Virus record (IMG/VR): IMGVR_UViG_3300025732_000017
Origin: a virus
DNA length: 64,000 bases
Reading direction: 5' to 3' (one strand)
In this document: one piece after another, positions 48,054 through 58,821 of the stretch
Layout of the letters: every line of letters begins with the position of its first letter
How positions within the stretch are numbered: position 1 is the stretch's first letter
Program-made: the position numbers and the translations under genes
Notes under the pieces: generated by a model
Database searches by the model: none
What the model saw: only the letters and a program-made list of their open reading frames with translations
What the model was told of the DNA's origin: nothing

Positions 48054-48938
48054 ATGGCAACCAATCATTATTTTCATAACTATCCTGGTGTTGTTACACC
48101 CGAACAGCTTCTTGTAGAAGATTTGATAATAGAATCAATCAAGCAGTATGGTTCTGACGTTTATTACATTCCAAGAAAATCTTTAAGTGATGAAGATGGA
48201 ATATACGGTGAAGATCCTGTAAAATTATATGATGCTGCATATCCTATGGAAATGTATTTGCAGTCAGTTGCTGGATTTGAAGGACCTGGTGAATTCTTTA
48301 GTAAGTTTGGTCTTGAAATTCGTGACTCCATGCGTGTTGTTGTTGCAAGACGAGTATATGAAAAGTATGCACCAACTTCTGTTTATCCAAGACCACGTGA
48401 AGGAGATCTTGTTTATATTCCGGCTCTTTCAAACATGTTTGAAATAAAATATGTGGAAGAAGAAAGAAATTTCTACACATTAGGTCGTCGTCCACCTTTA
48501 TTCTATTATTATGAACTATCTCTTGAACTATATAAATTTTCTAATGAAAGATTTAATACTGGTGTGAATGAGATTGATGAAATTGCTCGTAAATATTCTT
48601 ATACACAAAATATGGCAATGACTGCTGGTGGAACAGGTGCATTTACACAAGGTGAAACGGTATATCAAGGTGCAAATCTTTCTTCGTCTTCTGTTACTGC
48701 AATTGTCAAAAATTGGTTTCCTGCCAATAATACACTACAACTAATAAACATGAAAGGCATCTTCTCTACAGCAACAGCTATTCGTGGCGCAACATCAAAT
48801 GCAAACTTTACATTGTCATCGTTTGATAGACAGAACTTTGATGGCATATCTGATGAATTGACAAACAATCTTGAAATACAAACAGATGCAAATGGCATCA
48901 TTGACTTTACGGAAACCAATCCGTTCGGAGAACCTTGA
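48054..48938 (+). CDS. gp14: Neck protein gp14
   Basis: EQLLVEDLIIESIK.YG.DV.YIPR, FFSKFGLEIRD, PREGDLVY motifs; ends NPFGEP. Confidence 0.95.
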   Translation: MATNHYFHNYPGVVTPEQLLVEDLIIESIKQYGSDVYYIPRKSLSDEDGIYGEDPVKLYDAAYPMEMYLQSVAGFEGPGEFFSKFGLEIRDSMRVVVARRVYEKYAPTSVYPRPREGDLVYIPALSNMFEIKYVEEERNFYTLGRRPPLFYYYELSLELYKFSNERFNTGVNEIDEIARKYSYTQNMAMTAGGTGAFTQGETVYQGANLSSSSVTAIVKNWFPANNTLQLINMKGIFSTATAIRGATSNANFTLSSFDRQNFDGISDELTNNLEIQTDANGIIDFTETNPFGEP

Positions 48939-49996
48939 TGTCAGGTGTATTCGGTAATCATTTCTATCATCGCATAACACGCAAGATTGTTGTTGCATTT
49001 GGTTCACTATTCAATGACATTCAGTTGATAAGATATAACAAAGCAGGAACAACTGAACTTGAACGTATGCTTGTTCCAATCGTTTATGCACAAAAGGAAA
49101 AATTTTATAATCGTATCAAAGGTGATCCAAATTTGACTAAGGATATTCAGGTTACTTTACCTAGAATTTCTTTTGAAATCATTGGCGTTGAATATGATCC
49201 GACAAGAAAACAAAATAGTTTGATACGCAATACAAACATAGCCACTGCTACAAGTACAACGCAAAAAACTCAATATATGGGTGTTCCATACAACTATGAG
49301 TTTAGTTTGTCAATTTATGTTAGAAACATTGAAGACGGATGGCAAATAGTTGAACAAATACTTCCTATTTTCAATCCTGATTATACATTGACTTTGGATC
49401 TTGTGAGCACAATGGGAATCAAAAAAGATGTCCCAATCATGTTGAATTCGGTCGCATATACTGTTGATTATGAAAGTTCACACGACGAAGATACTACAAG
49501 AATGGTAATATTTGATCTTACGTTTACTGTAAGAGCAATGCTATTTGGACCAATTTCAGATTCAAAGATCATCACAAAAGCAAATACAAATATCTATGGA
49601 TCATTCAATTCAGGTACTTCTGGTGGACTACCAATATACGTTCTTGATCTTCAATCTGGTGGATTTAGTGTGTTTAAGGAAGGAGAGTTGATATGGCAAG
49701 GTGGCACATATCAGTTTCCTGATGCAAAAGCTGAGGTCATTGAACACGATACGTCAAATAGAAAACTCTATATAAAAGATGTTTATGGTTCAAAAAATGG
49801 TCTTGGTGCATTTAGGTCAAACGTAGAAATAACTGGAGCATCTTCTGGTGCATCATGGAATGTTGCAAGTTCATATGTTTCAAATATCAAACTTGTTATT
49901 GGATCAGTTACACCAGATCCATTGACTGCAAATGTAAATAGTGACTTCGGCTTTACCGAAACAATTATAGAATTTCCAAATACGTTAGGTCAGTAA
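48938..49996 (+). CDS. gp15: Tail sheath stabiliser/terminator gp15
   Basis: HFYH..TRK.VVAFGSLFNDI, LPRISFE, QIVEQILP.FNP motifs. ATG 48938 follows GGAG. Confidence 0.93.
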   Translation: MSGVFGNHFYHRITRKIVVAFGSLFNDIQLIRYNKAGTTELERMLVPIVYAQKEKFYNRIKGDPNLTKDIQVTLPRISFEIIGVEYDPTRKQNSLIRNTNIATATSTTQKTQYMGVPYNYEFSLSIYVRNIEDGWQIVEQILPIFNPDYTLTLDLVSTMGIKKDVPIMLNSVAYTVDYESSHDEDTTRMVIFDLTFTVRAMLFGPISDSKIITKANTNIYGSFNSGTSGGLPIYVLDLQSGGFSVFKEGELIWQGGTYQFPDAKAEVIEHDTSNRKLYIKDVYGSKNGLGAFRSNVEITGASSGASWNVASSYVSNIKLVIGSVTPDPLTANVNSDFGFTETIIEFPNTLGQ

Positions 49997-50406
49997 TGAG
50001 CAAAATTGATGATAATCTAAGTGAAATATTGAATATAGAACCAATAACAAAAACAAGTCAAGAAGTTGTTCCAGTTATTGAGCCAACTAACGACGCACAA
50101 ACCGATTATGATTTGACACGACAAACCATTCGTAGTCTTATGCGTAAAGGTGAAGAAGCACTTGATGAATTACTCTTTGTAGCAAAACAAAGCGAATCAC
50201 CTAGAGCATACGAAGTCGTTGCTGGTATGATCAAGAACATTTCAGAAGTGACAAAAGAACTTATAGATCTACAAAAGAAAATGAAAGATCTAAACGAAGA
50301 AACTTCAAAGTCTTCTTCTGGTGTAAATGTACAAAATGCAGTATTTGTTGGATCAACTGCAGAATTGCAAAAGCTGCTAAGACAAAGCAAAGAACAAGAT
50401 GGCTGA
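49996..50406 (+). CDS. gp16: Terminase small subunit gp16
   Basis: DY..TR..I, ESPRAYEV, NAVFVGSTAELQKLL motifs. Confidence 0.92.
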   Translation: MSKIDDNLSEILNIEPITKTSQEVVPVIEPTNDAQTDYDLTRQTIRSLMRKGEEALDELLFVAKQSESPRAYEVVAGMIKNISEVTKELIDLQKKMKDLNEETSKSSSGVNVQNAVFVGSTAELQKLLRQSKEQDG

Positions 50407-52066
50407 AATTACCTCATACATGTCTAATCCCAATCTAAAACGCGCAGGCGTAAAGATTGAGTGGACACAAGATCAAATCAAGGAATATGTAAAGTGTTCG
50501 GAAGATCCCGTATACTTTGCATTGAACTACATGCGTATCGTCAATGTAGATACTGGTCTTGTTCCATTTAGAATGTGGGACTTTCAAAAACACATGTTGG
50601 AAACATTTCACAAGAATCGTTTCGTCGTGTGTAAGATGCCTCGTCAGGTTGGTAAGTCAACGACAATCATTGCATATCTCCTACATCAAATTCTATTTCG
50701 CGATAATACAAGCGTTGCGATGCTTGCAAACAAAGGATCAACTGCAAGAGAATTATTGAGTCGCCTACAGCTCGCATATGAAAATCTACCTATTTGGTTG
50801 CAACAAGGTATCGTGACTTGGAACAAGGGTAACATTGAACTAGAGAACGGGTCCAAGGTTCTTGCAGCTGCAACATCATCAAGTGCAGTTCGTGGTGGTT
50901 CATATAATATCCTGTTCCTTGACGAATATGCATTCGTGCCAAACAATCAGGCAGACCAGTTCTTCAATTCGGTTTATCCTACAATTTCTTCTGGTAAGAC
51001 ATCACAGGTTCTTGTCGTTTCTACACCAAACGGTTTGAATCATTTCTATCGCATGTGGTCTGATGCAACGAATAAGAGAAGCAATTATGTGCCTATTGAA
51101 GTTCATTGGTCACAAGTTCCCGGTCGTGACGAGAGATGGAAAGAAGAAACGATACGCAATACGTCGCTTGATCAATTCCGAGTTGAGTTTGAAACAGAAT
51201 TTGTTGGTTCGTCTCACACATTGATCTCTGGTGCTAAACTCAAAACACTTGTATTCAATAACCCAATTCGTCAAGACAATAAACTTGACATTCTTGAAGA
51301 GCCACAAAAAGACCACACATATGTCGTGACTGTTGACGTTTCTCGTGGACAGGGTCTTGATTATTCGGCATTTTCAATTATGGATGTGACAAGCATACCC
51401 TATAAACAAGTTGCAAAGTATCGCGATAAAGATATATCACCTCTTCTTTATCCTACACTAATATTCAATGCAGCTACGGCTTATAACAATGCTTACATTT
51501 TGGTTGAAATCAATGACATTGGTCAACAGATAGCTGACATTCTACATCATGAACTTGAATACGAAAATCTAGTCAAGATACAGATAAAACCGCGCCAGGG
51601 TCAGCAGATGTCTTACGGACACACAAAAAAGATTCAGTTTGGTGTCAAGACATCTGTGGCTACAAAACGAATTGGGTGTTCAAACTTGAAAACTCTTGTC
51701 GAGAGCGATAAGTTACTAATAAATGACGCTGATACGATCATGGAATTGATGACTTTTGTTGCTTCCCGTGAATCGTTTGCTGCCGAAGAGGGTAGTCATG
51801 ATGATCTAGCCATGACACTTGTTCTATTTGCATGGTTCATTGCACAGAGAAACTTTAGGGAATCATTGAATGGGGATATACGATCTGTGCTACAAAGAGA
51901 GCAATTGAACATTGCTCAAGAAGATTTGGTGCCCTTTGGGGTCATTGATGATGGTATAAATGATAGAGATATGGAAGTGGTCGATATAGAAAGACAGTGG
52001 CTTGAGGAAAGAAAATTGAAAGCGCCATTGGATAGTTATGATTATGACTGGAGAAGTCGTTTTTGA
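50399..52066 (+). CDS. gp17: Terminase large subunit gp17
   Basis: PRQVGKST (Walker A), FLDEYAF (Walker B), STPNG, DVSRG.G.DYS, HDDLAM motifs. Confidence 0.98.
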   Translation: MAEITSYMSNPNLKRAGVKIEWTQDQIKEYVKCSEDPVYFALNYMRIVNVDTGLVPFRMWDFQKHMLETFHKNRFVVCKMPRQVGKSTTIIAYLLHQILFRDNTSVAMLANKGSTARELLSRLQLAYENLPIWLQQGIVTWNKGNIELENGSKVLAAATSSSAVRGGSYNILFLDEYAFVPNNQADQFFNSVYPTISSGKTSQVLVVSTPNGLNHFYRMWSDATNKRSNYVPIEVHWSQVPGRDERWKEETIRNTSLDQFRVEFETEFVGSSHTLISGAKLKTLVFNNPIRQDNKLDILEEPQKDHTYVVTVDVSRGQGLDYSAFSIMDVTSIPYKQVAKYRDKDISPLLYPTLIFNAATAYNNAYILVEINDIGQQIADILHHELEYENLVKIQIKPRQGQQMSYGHTKKIQFGVKTSVATKRIGCSNLKTLVESDKLLINDADTIMELMTFVASRESFAAEEGSHDDLAMTLVLFAWFIAQRNFRESLNGDIRSVLQREQLNIAQEDLVPFGVIDDGINDRDMEVVDIERQWLEERKLKAPLDSYDYDWRSRF

Positions 52067-52079
52067 AAAACTGCTTTTC

Positions 52080-52087
52080 TATAAATA
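52080..52087 (+). promoter_or_regulatory. T4-type late promoter for gp18
   Basis: Exact TATAAATA. Confidence 0.8.
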
Positions 52088-52133
52088 TTATCATATAAGT
52101 ATCAAAATTCTCTACTTCTGAAAGGAGTAAACA

Positions 52134-53885
52134 ATGCCATTTCAATTGAGTCCGGGCGTAGTTACTACTGAAATTGATCTAACAACCGTCATTCCTGCCG
52201 TTTCTACTACAAACGGTGGCTTCGTAGGCGATTTTCCTTGGGGTCCAGCAAATACGGTAGTTACTGTAGATAGCGAAAACACTCTTGCTGCTATTTTTGG
52301 CAAGCCAGACAATACGACATTTATTCCATTCATGACTGCAGCAAGTTTCTTGGCTTACGGAAACAATTTGAAACTTGTTCGTGCAATCAATACAAGTTCT
52401 AAGAATGCAACTGCAAATGGAACTGGACTATTGATCGAAAATAACGATTCTTGGTTCAACAATTATAGAACTTCCGTAACTGCAAATAGTGGTTGGGCAA
52501 GCACTAATTTCTTGGGTGTTGCAGCTAAACATCCTGGTACGCTAGGAAACTCAATTAAAGTTGCATATGTTTCAGCAGGAAACGCTGCTGTGTTCTCCTC
52601 ATGGGCTTACGCATCATTCTTTGATGATGCTCCAGGAACATCTCTATATGCAAGTTCTCGTGGTGCATCAAATGACGAAATTCATATTGCGGTGATTGAT
52701 GCTACAGGAACGATTGCCCAAGGTGGTACACCAGCGGGAACAAATGCTGCCGGAGCAGTTCTAGAAACATTTCCAAATCTATCAGTAGCATCTGATGCAA
52801 AGAATTCTGATGGTTCACCAAACTTCTACGTTGATGTTCTTGCCACACGTTCAAATTGGATTCGTTGGCTTGCACATCCAGCTAACACATCAAACTGGGG
52901 TGTTGCTACAGCGAACGGTGTAACGTATGTTGGTGTTGGTGGAATGAGTCCAGCTGTTGCAAACGGAACAACGCTTTCTGGCGGTGCATATACAGCAGCG
53001 ACTGATGCAGACAAGCAAACTGCTTGGGGTAAACTAAGAAATGCTGATGAAGTTGATGTTTCCTTACTTGTTACCGGAGATGCAAGCGGAACTCTAGCAC
53101 AATACATTATCGATAATGTTGCTGAATATAGAAAAGATTGCGTTGCTTTCATTTCTCCAGCCTCAGCAAACGTTGTTAATAATCCAGGTAACGAAGTAAC
53201 AGCGATAACAACGCAAAAGAATACAAACATTAATCGCTCAAGTTCTTATGCAGTATTTGATTCTGCATGGAAATATATGTTTGACAAGTATAATAACACG
53301 TATCGTTATGTTCCTCTAAATGGAGATATTGCAGGTCTATGTGTTCGCACAGACAATACAAATGATCCATGGTTCTCTCCTGCAGGATTGAATAGAGGAC
53401 AAATTAAAAATGTTGTCAAGTTGTCTTGGAATCCAAATAAGACAAATAGAGATGATCTCTACAAGGTTGGAGTAAATCCTGTTGTGTCCTTCCCTGGTGA
53501 AGGTACTGTATTGTTTGGCGATAAAACAATGTTGACAAAACCTAGCGCGTTTGACCGCATCAATGTTCGTCGTCTATTCATTGTACTTGAAAAGGCAATT
53601 GCAACTGCAGCAAAGTATTCACTGTTTGAGTTCAATGACGAATTTACACGTTCACAGTTTGTATCTCTAGTAGATCCATATCTTCGTGACGTTCAAGGTC
53701 GTCGCGGAATCTTTGACTATAGAGTTGTCTGTGACGAAACAAACAATACTCCAGAAATAATTGATCGCAACGAGTTTGTAGGTGACATCTATATTAAACC
53801 AGCACGTTCAATCAACTTTATTCAGTTGAACTTTGTTGCTGTAAGAACTGGTGTTTCATTTGACGAAATTGTTGGAAGATTCTAA
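52134..53885 (+). CDS. gp18: Tail sheath protein gp18
   Basis: FQLSPGV..TEIDLT, PWFSPAG.NRG, SAFDRINVRRLF, IKPARSINFIQLNFVA motifs. Confidence 0.98.
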   Translation: MPFQLSPGVVTTEIDLTTVIPAVSTTNGGFVGDFPWGPANTVVTVDSENTLAAIFGKPDNTTFIPFMTAASFLAYGNNLKLVRAINTSSKNATANGTGLLIENNDSWFNNYRTSVTANSGWASTNFLGVAAKHPGTLGNSIKVAYVSAGNAAVFSSWAYASFFDDAPGTSLYASSRGASNDEIHIAVIDATGTIAQGGTPAGTNAAGAVLETFPNLSVASDAKNSDGSPNFYVDVLATRSNWIRWLAHPANTSNWGVATANGVTYVGVGGMSPAVANGTTLSGGAYTAATDADKQTAWGKLRNADEVDVSLLVTGDASGTLAQYIIDNVAEYRKDCVAFISPASANVVNNPGNEVTAITTQKNTNINRSSSYAVFDSAWKYMFDKYNNTYRYVPLNGDIAGLCVRTDNTNDPWFSPAGLNRGQIKNVVKLSWNPNKTNRDDLYKVGVNPVVSFPGEGTVLFGDKTMLTKPSAFDRINVRRLFIVLEKAIATAAKYSLFEFNDEFTRSQFVSLVDPYLRDVQGRRGIFDYRVVCDETNNTPEIIDRNEFVGDIYIKPARSINFIQLNFVAVRTGVSFDEIVGRF

Positions 53886-53893
53886 TCTAAATA
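53886..53893 (+). promoter_or_regulatory. Late-promoter variant for gp19
   Basis: TCTAAATA, then GGAG RBS and ATG 53917. Confidence 0.6.
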
Positions 53894-53916
53894 GATAAAA
53901 GATAGGAGTATCTTAG

Positions 53917-54483
53917 ATGGCTTTTAATATCACGGATTTTCGTTCAACGCTAACTAGAGATGGTGCTAGACCAAATCTATTTGAAGTTACGATGAATTTT
54001 CCTACTAATGTCGTTACAAATGGCGCGATTGCATCAAGAAAATTTACTTTCATGTGTAGATCTGCACAACTACCAGGATCAAGTATTGGATCTGTAGTAG
54101 TTCCATACTTCGGAAGAGAAGTAAAACTTGCAGGTAATCGCGTATTTGCTGACTGGACCGTAACAATCATAAATGATGAAGATTTTGCTATCAAAAATGC
54201 ATTTGAATTGTGGATGAATGGAATCAATAGTCATTTTGGAAATAGAAGAAATGGTTCTTTTGCATCGGCAACTTCTTACACCAGTGATGCTACTGTCAAA
54301 CAGTATGGAAAAACTGGAAGTAGAATAAAAGATTATCAGTTTGTTGGTATGTTTCCGATTGATCTTGCTCCAATTGATCTTGATTGGGGTGCAAATGATG
54401 CGATTGAAGAATACGCAGTAACATTCCAATATCAGTATTGGTTGTCAAATACTACAGATAGAAGATCTTCGGTTTTTGGCTAA
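53917..54483 (+). CDS. gp19: Tail tube protein gp19
   Basis: GARPNLFEV, LPGSS.G...VPYFGR.VK.AG.R.F.DWTVTIINDEDF, IEEY.VTFQY motifs. Confidence 0.97.
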   Translation: MAFNITDFRSTLTRDGARPNLFEVTMNFPTNVVTNGAIASRKFTFMCRSAQLPGSSIGSVVVPYFGREVKLAGNRVFADWTVTIINDEDFAIKNAFELWMNGINSHFGNRRNGSFASATSYTSDATVKQYGKTGSRIKDYQFVGMFPIDLAPIDLDWGANDAIEEYAVTFQYQYWLSNTTDRRSSVFG

Positions 54484-54531
54484 GATATAATAAAAAGTTT
54501 TATATCATGATATTTTTGAAGGGAAAAGTAA

Positions 54532-56301
54532 ATGGCTAATTGGAAGTTATTTGGATTCCAGATAACGAACGAAAAAACCAAGAAGCAGGAAGGGCAACAG
54601 GACGCCAAGAATATAACAGAAAAGTCCTTTGCCCTTCCTCAAAACGACGATGGTGCCGTTACGCTTCAGACCGGAGCGTATTTTGGCACCTACGTTGATT
54701 TGGAAGGTGTTGTTCGTAACGAAATAGAACTCATTACACGTTATCGTGAAATGGCAATGCAGCCTGAACTGGAGACTGCAATTGACGATATTGTCAATGA
54801 AGCCATTGTCATGCAAGGACACACTCAACCACTAACAATCAATCTTGATGATCTCAAGCAACCAGATTCAATCAAGAAAAAGATTCGCGAAGAATTTTCA
54901 AACGTTCTCAAGATGTTGAACTTTGGTAACATGGGTTCAGAACTATTTCGTCGTTGGTACATTGACGGAAGAATGTTCTATCATGTGATCATTGATGAAT
55001 CTAGACCAAGAGATGGTATCAAGGAACTCCGTTATATTGATCCAAGACGCATTCGTAAAGTGCGTGAAATTCAAAAGACAAAAGATGCAGCAACTGCTGC
55101 AGATATTATCAAGACAGTAAGAGAGTATTATCTCTACAATGAACGCGGTATCATTGGCGCACACTCAAACTTGGGCATGAGAATTGCTCCAGACTCTGTC
55201 ATCAATGTGAATTCTGGATTGATGGATTCTCGTCGTGCAATGGTTCTATCATACTTACACAAGGCAATCAAGCCATTGAATCAGCTTCGTATGGTTGAAG
55301 ATGCTACAGTCATCTATCGTCTATCAAGAGCACCAGAACGTCGTGTATTCTACATCGACGTTGGTAATCTACCAAAGGTCAAGGCTGAGCAATATCTTCG
55401 TGACTTGATGGTCAAGTATCGTAACAAACTTGTGTATGATTCAAGCACAGGTGAAATCAGAGATGATCGCAAGCATCTATCAATGCTTGAAGACTTTTGG
55501 CTACCCCGCCGTGAGGGTGGCAAAGGTACCGAGATCCAAACTCTTCCAGGCGGACAGAATCTTGGTGAAATGGAAGATGTCAAGTACTTTGAACGCAAAC
55601 TATACAAGTCATTAAGCATTCCTATTTCTCGTCTTGAGATGCAACAGGGCTTCTCAATTGGCCGCACATCGGAAATTACTAGAGATGAATTGAAATTCTC
55701 AAAGTTTGTGTTTAGGCTTCGTAACAAGTTTTCCACACTATTTGACGAAGCACTCCGTGTTCAATTGTCACTAAAAGGTATTTGCACAGTTGAGGAGTGG
55801 GAAGACTTTAAAGAAAACATCTATTATGATTTCATTACGGATAACAACTTCGATGAGTTGAAGAAGGCAGAACTTATCCAGAATCGTATCACGGTTCTAC
55901 AATTGGCAGATCCATACATTGGCAAATACTTCTCGATTGAATGGGCTCGCAAGAACATTCTCAATCAAACAGATGATGAAATTGCTGAAATCAAGAAGCA
56001 AATTGAAGAAGAACAAGAAGAAATGATGGTAATGGCGCAGAAACAAGCCGAATTAGCACAAGCAGCTACGCCACAAGATCCTCAAGCACAACAGCAACAA
56101 CAAGCTGATCCAAACAATCCTATTGCACCACAACAAGATGGTCAACAACAGCAGCTTGATGTAGACACAGCATTTCAAAACACGACATCTCCAGGAGTCT
56201 CTCCATTGGATGATGCGGCATCTCAGCAATTGAAAGTTGAGAATAAAACCAATCTAAATAATATACTAAGAATAATCAAAGATCGGAGAAATGTTCTATG
56301 A
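54532..56301 (+). CDS. gp20: Portal protein gp20
   Basis: FRRWYIDGR, LRYIDPR, YRLSRAPERRVFYIDVGNLP, EDFWLPRREGGKGTEI motifs. Confidence 0.98.
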   Translation: MANWKLFGFQITNEKTKKQEGQQDAKNITEKSFALPQNDDGAVTLQTGAYFGTYVDLEGVVRNEIELITRYREMAMQPELETAIDDIVNEAIVMQGHTQPLTINLDDLKQPDSIKKKIREEFSNVLKMLNFGNMGSELFRRWYIDGRMFYHVIIDESRPRDGIKELRYIDPRRIRKVREIQKTKDAATAADIIKTVREYYLYNERGIIGAHSNLGMRIAPDSVINVNSGLMDSRRAMVLSYLHKAIKPLNQLRMVEDATVIYRLSRAPERRVFYIDVGNLPKVKAEQYLRDLMVKYRNKLVYDSSTGEIRDDRKHLSMLEDFWLPRREGGKGTEIQTLPGGQNLGEMEDVKYFERKLYKSLSIPISRLEMQQGFSIGRTSEITRDELKFSKFVFRLRNKFSTLFDEALRVQLSLKGICTVEEWEDFKENIYYDFITDNNFDELKKAELIQNRITVLQLADPYIGKYFSIEWARKNILNQTDDEIAEIKKQIEEEQEEMMVMAQKQAELAQAATPQDPQAQQQQQADPNNPIAPQQDGQQQQLDVDTAFQNTTSPGVSPLDDAASQQLKVENKTNLNNILRIIKDRRNVL

Positions 56302-56681
56302 GCAATGCAGTTGTAAGAACAATCGTAGAAAATATTGTCAATGACAAGTTTGAAAGTCTAAAAGAAGATCTTTCCAAAGCAGTTTCTGCCAAAGCAGTAA
56401 ATGTTCTTGAAAGCAAGAAAGCAATGATTGGTAAAACATTCTTTGAAGAAAAAAAAAAGATAAATGAAGGCTTTAAGATAGGTGACAATGTAAAAATTCA
56501 TCAAGATTTGAACGACACTGGTAAAATTGTAGGATCTGATGATCACAATTATCATGTTGATGTTGGTTCAAAATTGAGAAGACATTTTGTTGGAGATCCG
56601 CGTAGCAACGTTATACACATGCCAAAAAATAATATTCATCAATTAAATAAATATCGCGCAGGAATTCCGCATAATAATTAA
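56298..56681 (+). CDS. Prohead core protein (gp67-like N-terminus) fused to a KOW/SH3-like domain
   Basis: Position after portal; helical N-terminal ~50 aa, then FKIGDNVKI..TGKIVG. Confidence 0.55.
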   Translation: MSNAVVRTIVENIVNDKFESLKEDLSKAVSAKAVNVLESKKAMIGKTFFEEKKKINEGFKIGDNVKIHQDLNDTGKIVGSDDHNYHVDVGSKLRRHFVGDPRSNVIHMPKNNIHQLNKYRAGIPHNN

Positions 56682-56699
56682 GATAGAAGACTATAAGAA

Positions 56700-57197
56700 A
56701 TGAAGACACTAAGCAAATTTTTTTCTGAAACCGAGCAATCAAATATTGATGATTCTATAGTCATGGAAGATCTTTCTTTCAAGTCAGATCCCCCAAACAT
56801 CATTATGTTGAAACGCAAGGCTATTCGCGTTTTTCCGGACGGAAGAAAAGTTGCTTTATATTATGCAGATAAGATTCATCAGTATGTAACAATACCTTAT
56901 TCTGACATGATGCACGGAAATAAAGGCATTGTTCAAGTGCATGAAGCAAAACAAGATCGTAGAGGCAACATGCCTGCTCTTCAAGATATAGTTCAAAAAG
57001 GTAATCCTGGAATGTTGACATTTGATAACGGCGGTCAACAAAAAGTTGATGTCATGACTGCACAAGCAATCATCAATGTTTACAACAAAGTAAATTTGAC
57101 CAATCGCTACAAGATTGAAAGAATGATTAATAAAGATCAAAATAACTTTGCCAAAGTTGCAGCATTTGCACATGGCGCACATACGGATGGAATGTAA
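56700..57197 (+). CDS. Hypothetical prohead-region protein
   Basis: 165 aa; VD..TAQAI..VY..VN..N motif; head-gene context. Confidence 0.6.
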   Translation: MKTLSKFFSETEQSNIDDSIVMEDLSFKSDPPNIIMLKRKAIRVFPDGRKVALYYADKIHQYVTIPYSDMMHGNKGIVQVHEAKQDRRGNMPALQDIVQKGNPGMLTFDNGGQQKVDVMTAQAIINVYNKVNLTNRYKIERMINKDQNNFAKVAAFAHGAHTDGM

Positions 57198-57199
57198 AG

Positions 57200-57670
57200 A
57201 TGGCAAATACATCACAGAAACTTGTGGATTCTGAAAGAAGAGTTGTATACAAGTGGACAGGTAATACTGCTGAATCTGCTGTATTAAAAATTGATGCGGG
57301 TGCGTTGAATTTTTCATTGAATGCAAACAATCAACTTCTTGGCAGTGGCACGGATCGTAAAACAGCATATAGATTATCATTGAAAAAAGTTATCTATGAT
57401 GTTGTAGCAGGTCAAGCAGGAAATGGTTACGTTGAACTTTATTGGACCGGTACACCAAATCAAACTTTGGTAACTTTGTCTGGTCAAGGTCAAATGGATT
57501 TTGCTGAAGGTGGTGATGGCATCATAATATTGAACAACGCATCTGGTGCTGGTTCAAATGGAAATGTAGGATTGCAAACTGTAAATTTTGCTGCTACAGG
57601 TTGCTCTTATACAATTGTTGCTGATTTTAGAAAACATTCTGAAGACTATTCAACCTTTGATAGGGACTAA
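57200..57670 (+). CDS. Hypothetical virion protein
   Basis: 156-aa beta-rich ORF in the head operon. Confidence 0.6.
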   Translation: MANTSQKLVDSERRVVYKWTGNTAESAVLKIDAGALNFSLNANNQLLGSGTDRKTAYRLSLKKVIYDVVAGQAGNGYVELYWTGTPNQTLVTLSGQGQMDFAEGGDGIIILNNASGAGSNGNVGLQTVNFAATGCSYTIVADFRKHSEDYSTFDRD

Positions 57671-57674
57671 ATAA

Positions 57675-58139
57675 ATGTCATCAACTAAAAAAATAATAGA
57701 ATCTATCATACTAGATGACTTTAATAGCGCAAATGAAAGTCTTTCAGAATCATTTGTTGAAATTTTGAAAGACAAACTTTCAGAGGCAAAGAAGATTGTT
57801 GCTGCAAAGTATGGTGTAGCTGAACTTGCTGAAGCACTAGAATCAATTGATGAAGAAAATCTTGATGAAGGAACAAGAATTAGAATTGTAAAAGCGCGTT
57901 TGCGTAGAAAAAATGGAAAAATTGTTGTACAACGTCGCAAAAAAGTTCTTGGTTCTGGTTTGAAAGGCAAAGGCTACAAGATGGGGCCAGATGGTAGACC
58001 AGTTCGCATGTCTGCCGGCGAAAGACTTCGTCGTCGTCGCGCAAGACTAAAGGCCGAAAGAAAAAGAAAAAGTATTCTTGCCAGAATACGAAGAAATAGA
58101 AAAATGACTATGAGAAAAAGAACAGGTATGGGACTATGA
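57675..58139 (+). CDS. gp68: Prohead core protein gp68-like
   Basis: Acidic N-terminus and a very basic C-terminus (RMSAGERLRRRR..RKR..MGL), directly before gp21. Confidence 0.7.
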   Translation: MSSTKKIIESIILDDFNSANESLSESFVEILKDKLSEAKKIVAAKYGVAELAEALESIDEENLDEGTRIRIVKARLRRKNGKIVVQRRKKVLGSGLKGKGYKMGPDGRPVRMSAGERLRRRRARLKAERKRKSILARIRRNRKMTMRKRTGMGL

Positions 58140-58783
58140 AACTCATAAAAGAAGTCGTAGAAGAAGTTCGTTATTTGACTGAAGAAGGTCCTGCAGGAAA
58201 TAAAGAACACTTCATTGAAGGTGTTTTCTTGCAAGCCGAGCGTCAAAATCGTAATGGTAGAGTATATCCAATGGATATCCTACAAAGAGAAGTATCTCGT
58301 TATACTACAAACTATATCATGCAAAATCGTGCATTTGGTGAACTGGGTCATCCAGATACACCAACAATCAATCTTGATCGTGTATCACACATGATCAAGG
58401 ATTTGAAACAAGAAGGCACAAATTATGTGGGTAAAGCCAAGATTTTGGATACTCCTTATGGAAAGATTGTGAAGAATCTAATTGATGAGGGCGCCAGATT
58501 GGGCGTATCTTCTAGAGGACTGGGATCGCTAAAGCCTAAGAATGGTGTAAATCTCGTACAGGATGATTTTTATTTGGCTACAGCGGCAGACATAGTTGCA
58601 GATCCTTCTGCACCTGATGCTTTTGTTAGAGGTATCATGGAAGGCAAAGAATGGATTATTGAAAATGGTCAATGGAAAGAAGTTGACTACGATCATGCAA
58701 AAAAGGCTTTGAATGAGGCTAATAGAAGAGACATGGAAGATGTCAAACTTCGCCTATTCAAAAATTTTCTCTCAAAACTCTAA
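58136..58783 (+). CDS. gp21: Prohead protease gp21
   Basis: FIEGVFLQAE..NRNGRVYP, GELGHP, GVSSRGLGSL, ADIVADPSAPDAFV.GIME motifs. Confidence 0.97.
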   Translation: MKLIKEVVEEVRYLTEEGPAGNKEHFIEGVFLQAERQNRNGRVYPMDILQREVSRYTTNYIMQNRAFGELGHPDTPTINLDRVSHMIKDLKQEGTNYVGKAKILDTPYGKIVKNLIDEGARLGVSSRGLGSLKPKNGVNLVQDDFYLATAADIVADPSAPDAFVRGIMEGKEWIIENGQWKEVDYDHAKKALNEANRRDMEDVKLRLFKNFLSKL

Positions 58784-58787
58784 AATA

Positions 58788-58795
58788 TATAAATA
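58788..58795 (+). promoter_or_regulatory. T4-type late promoter for gp22/gp23
   Basis: Exact TATAAATA, then AAGGAG RBS. Confidence 0.8.
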
Positions 58796-58821
58796 GTCTA
58801 ATATAAAGGAGCAAAAACAAA

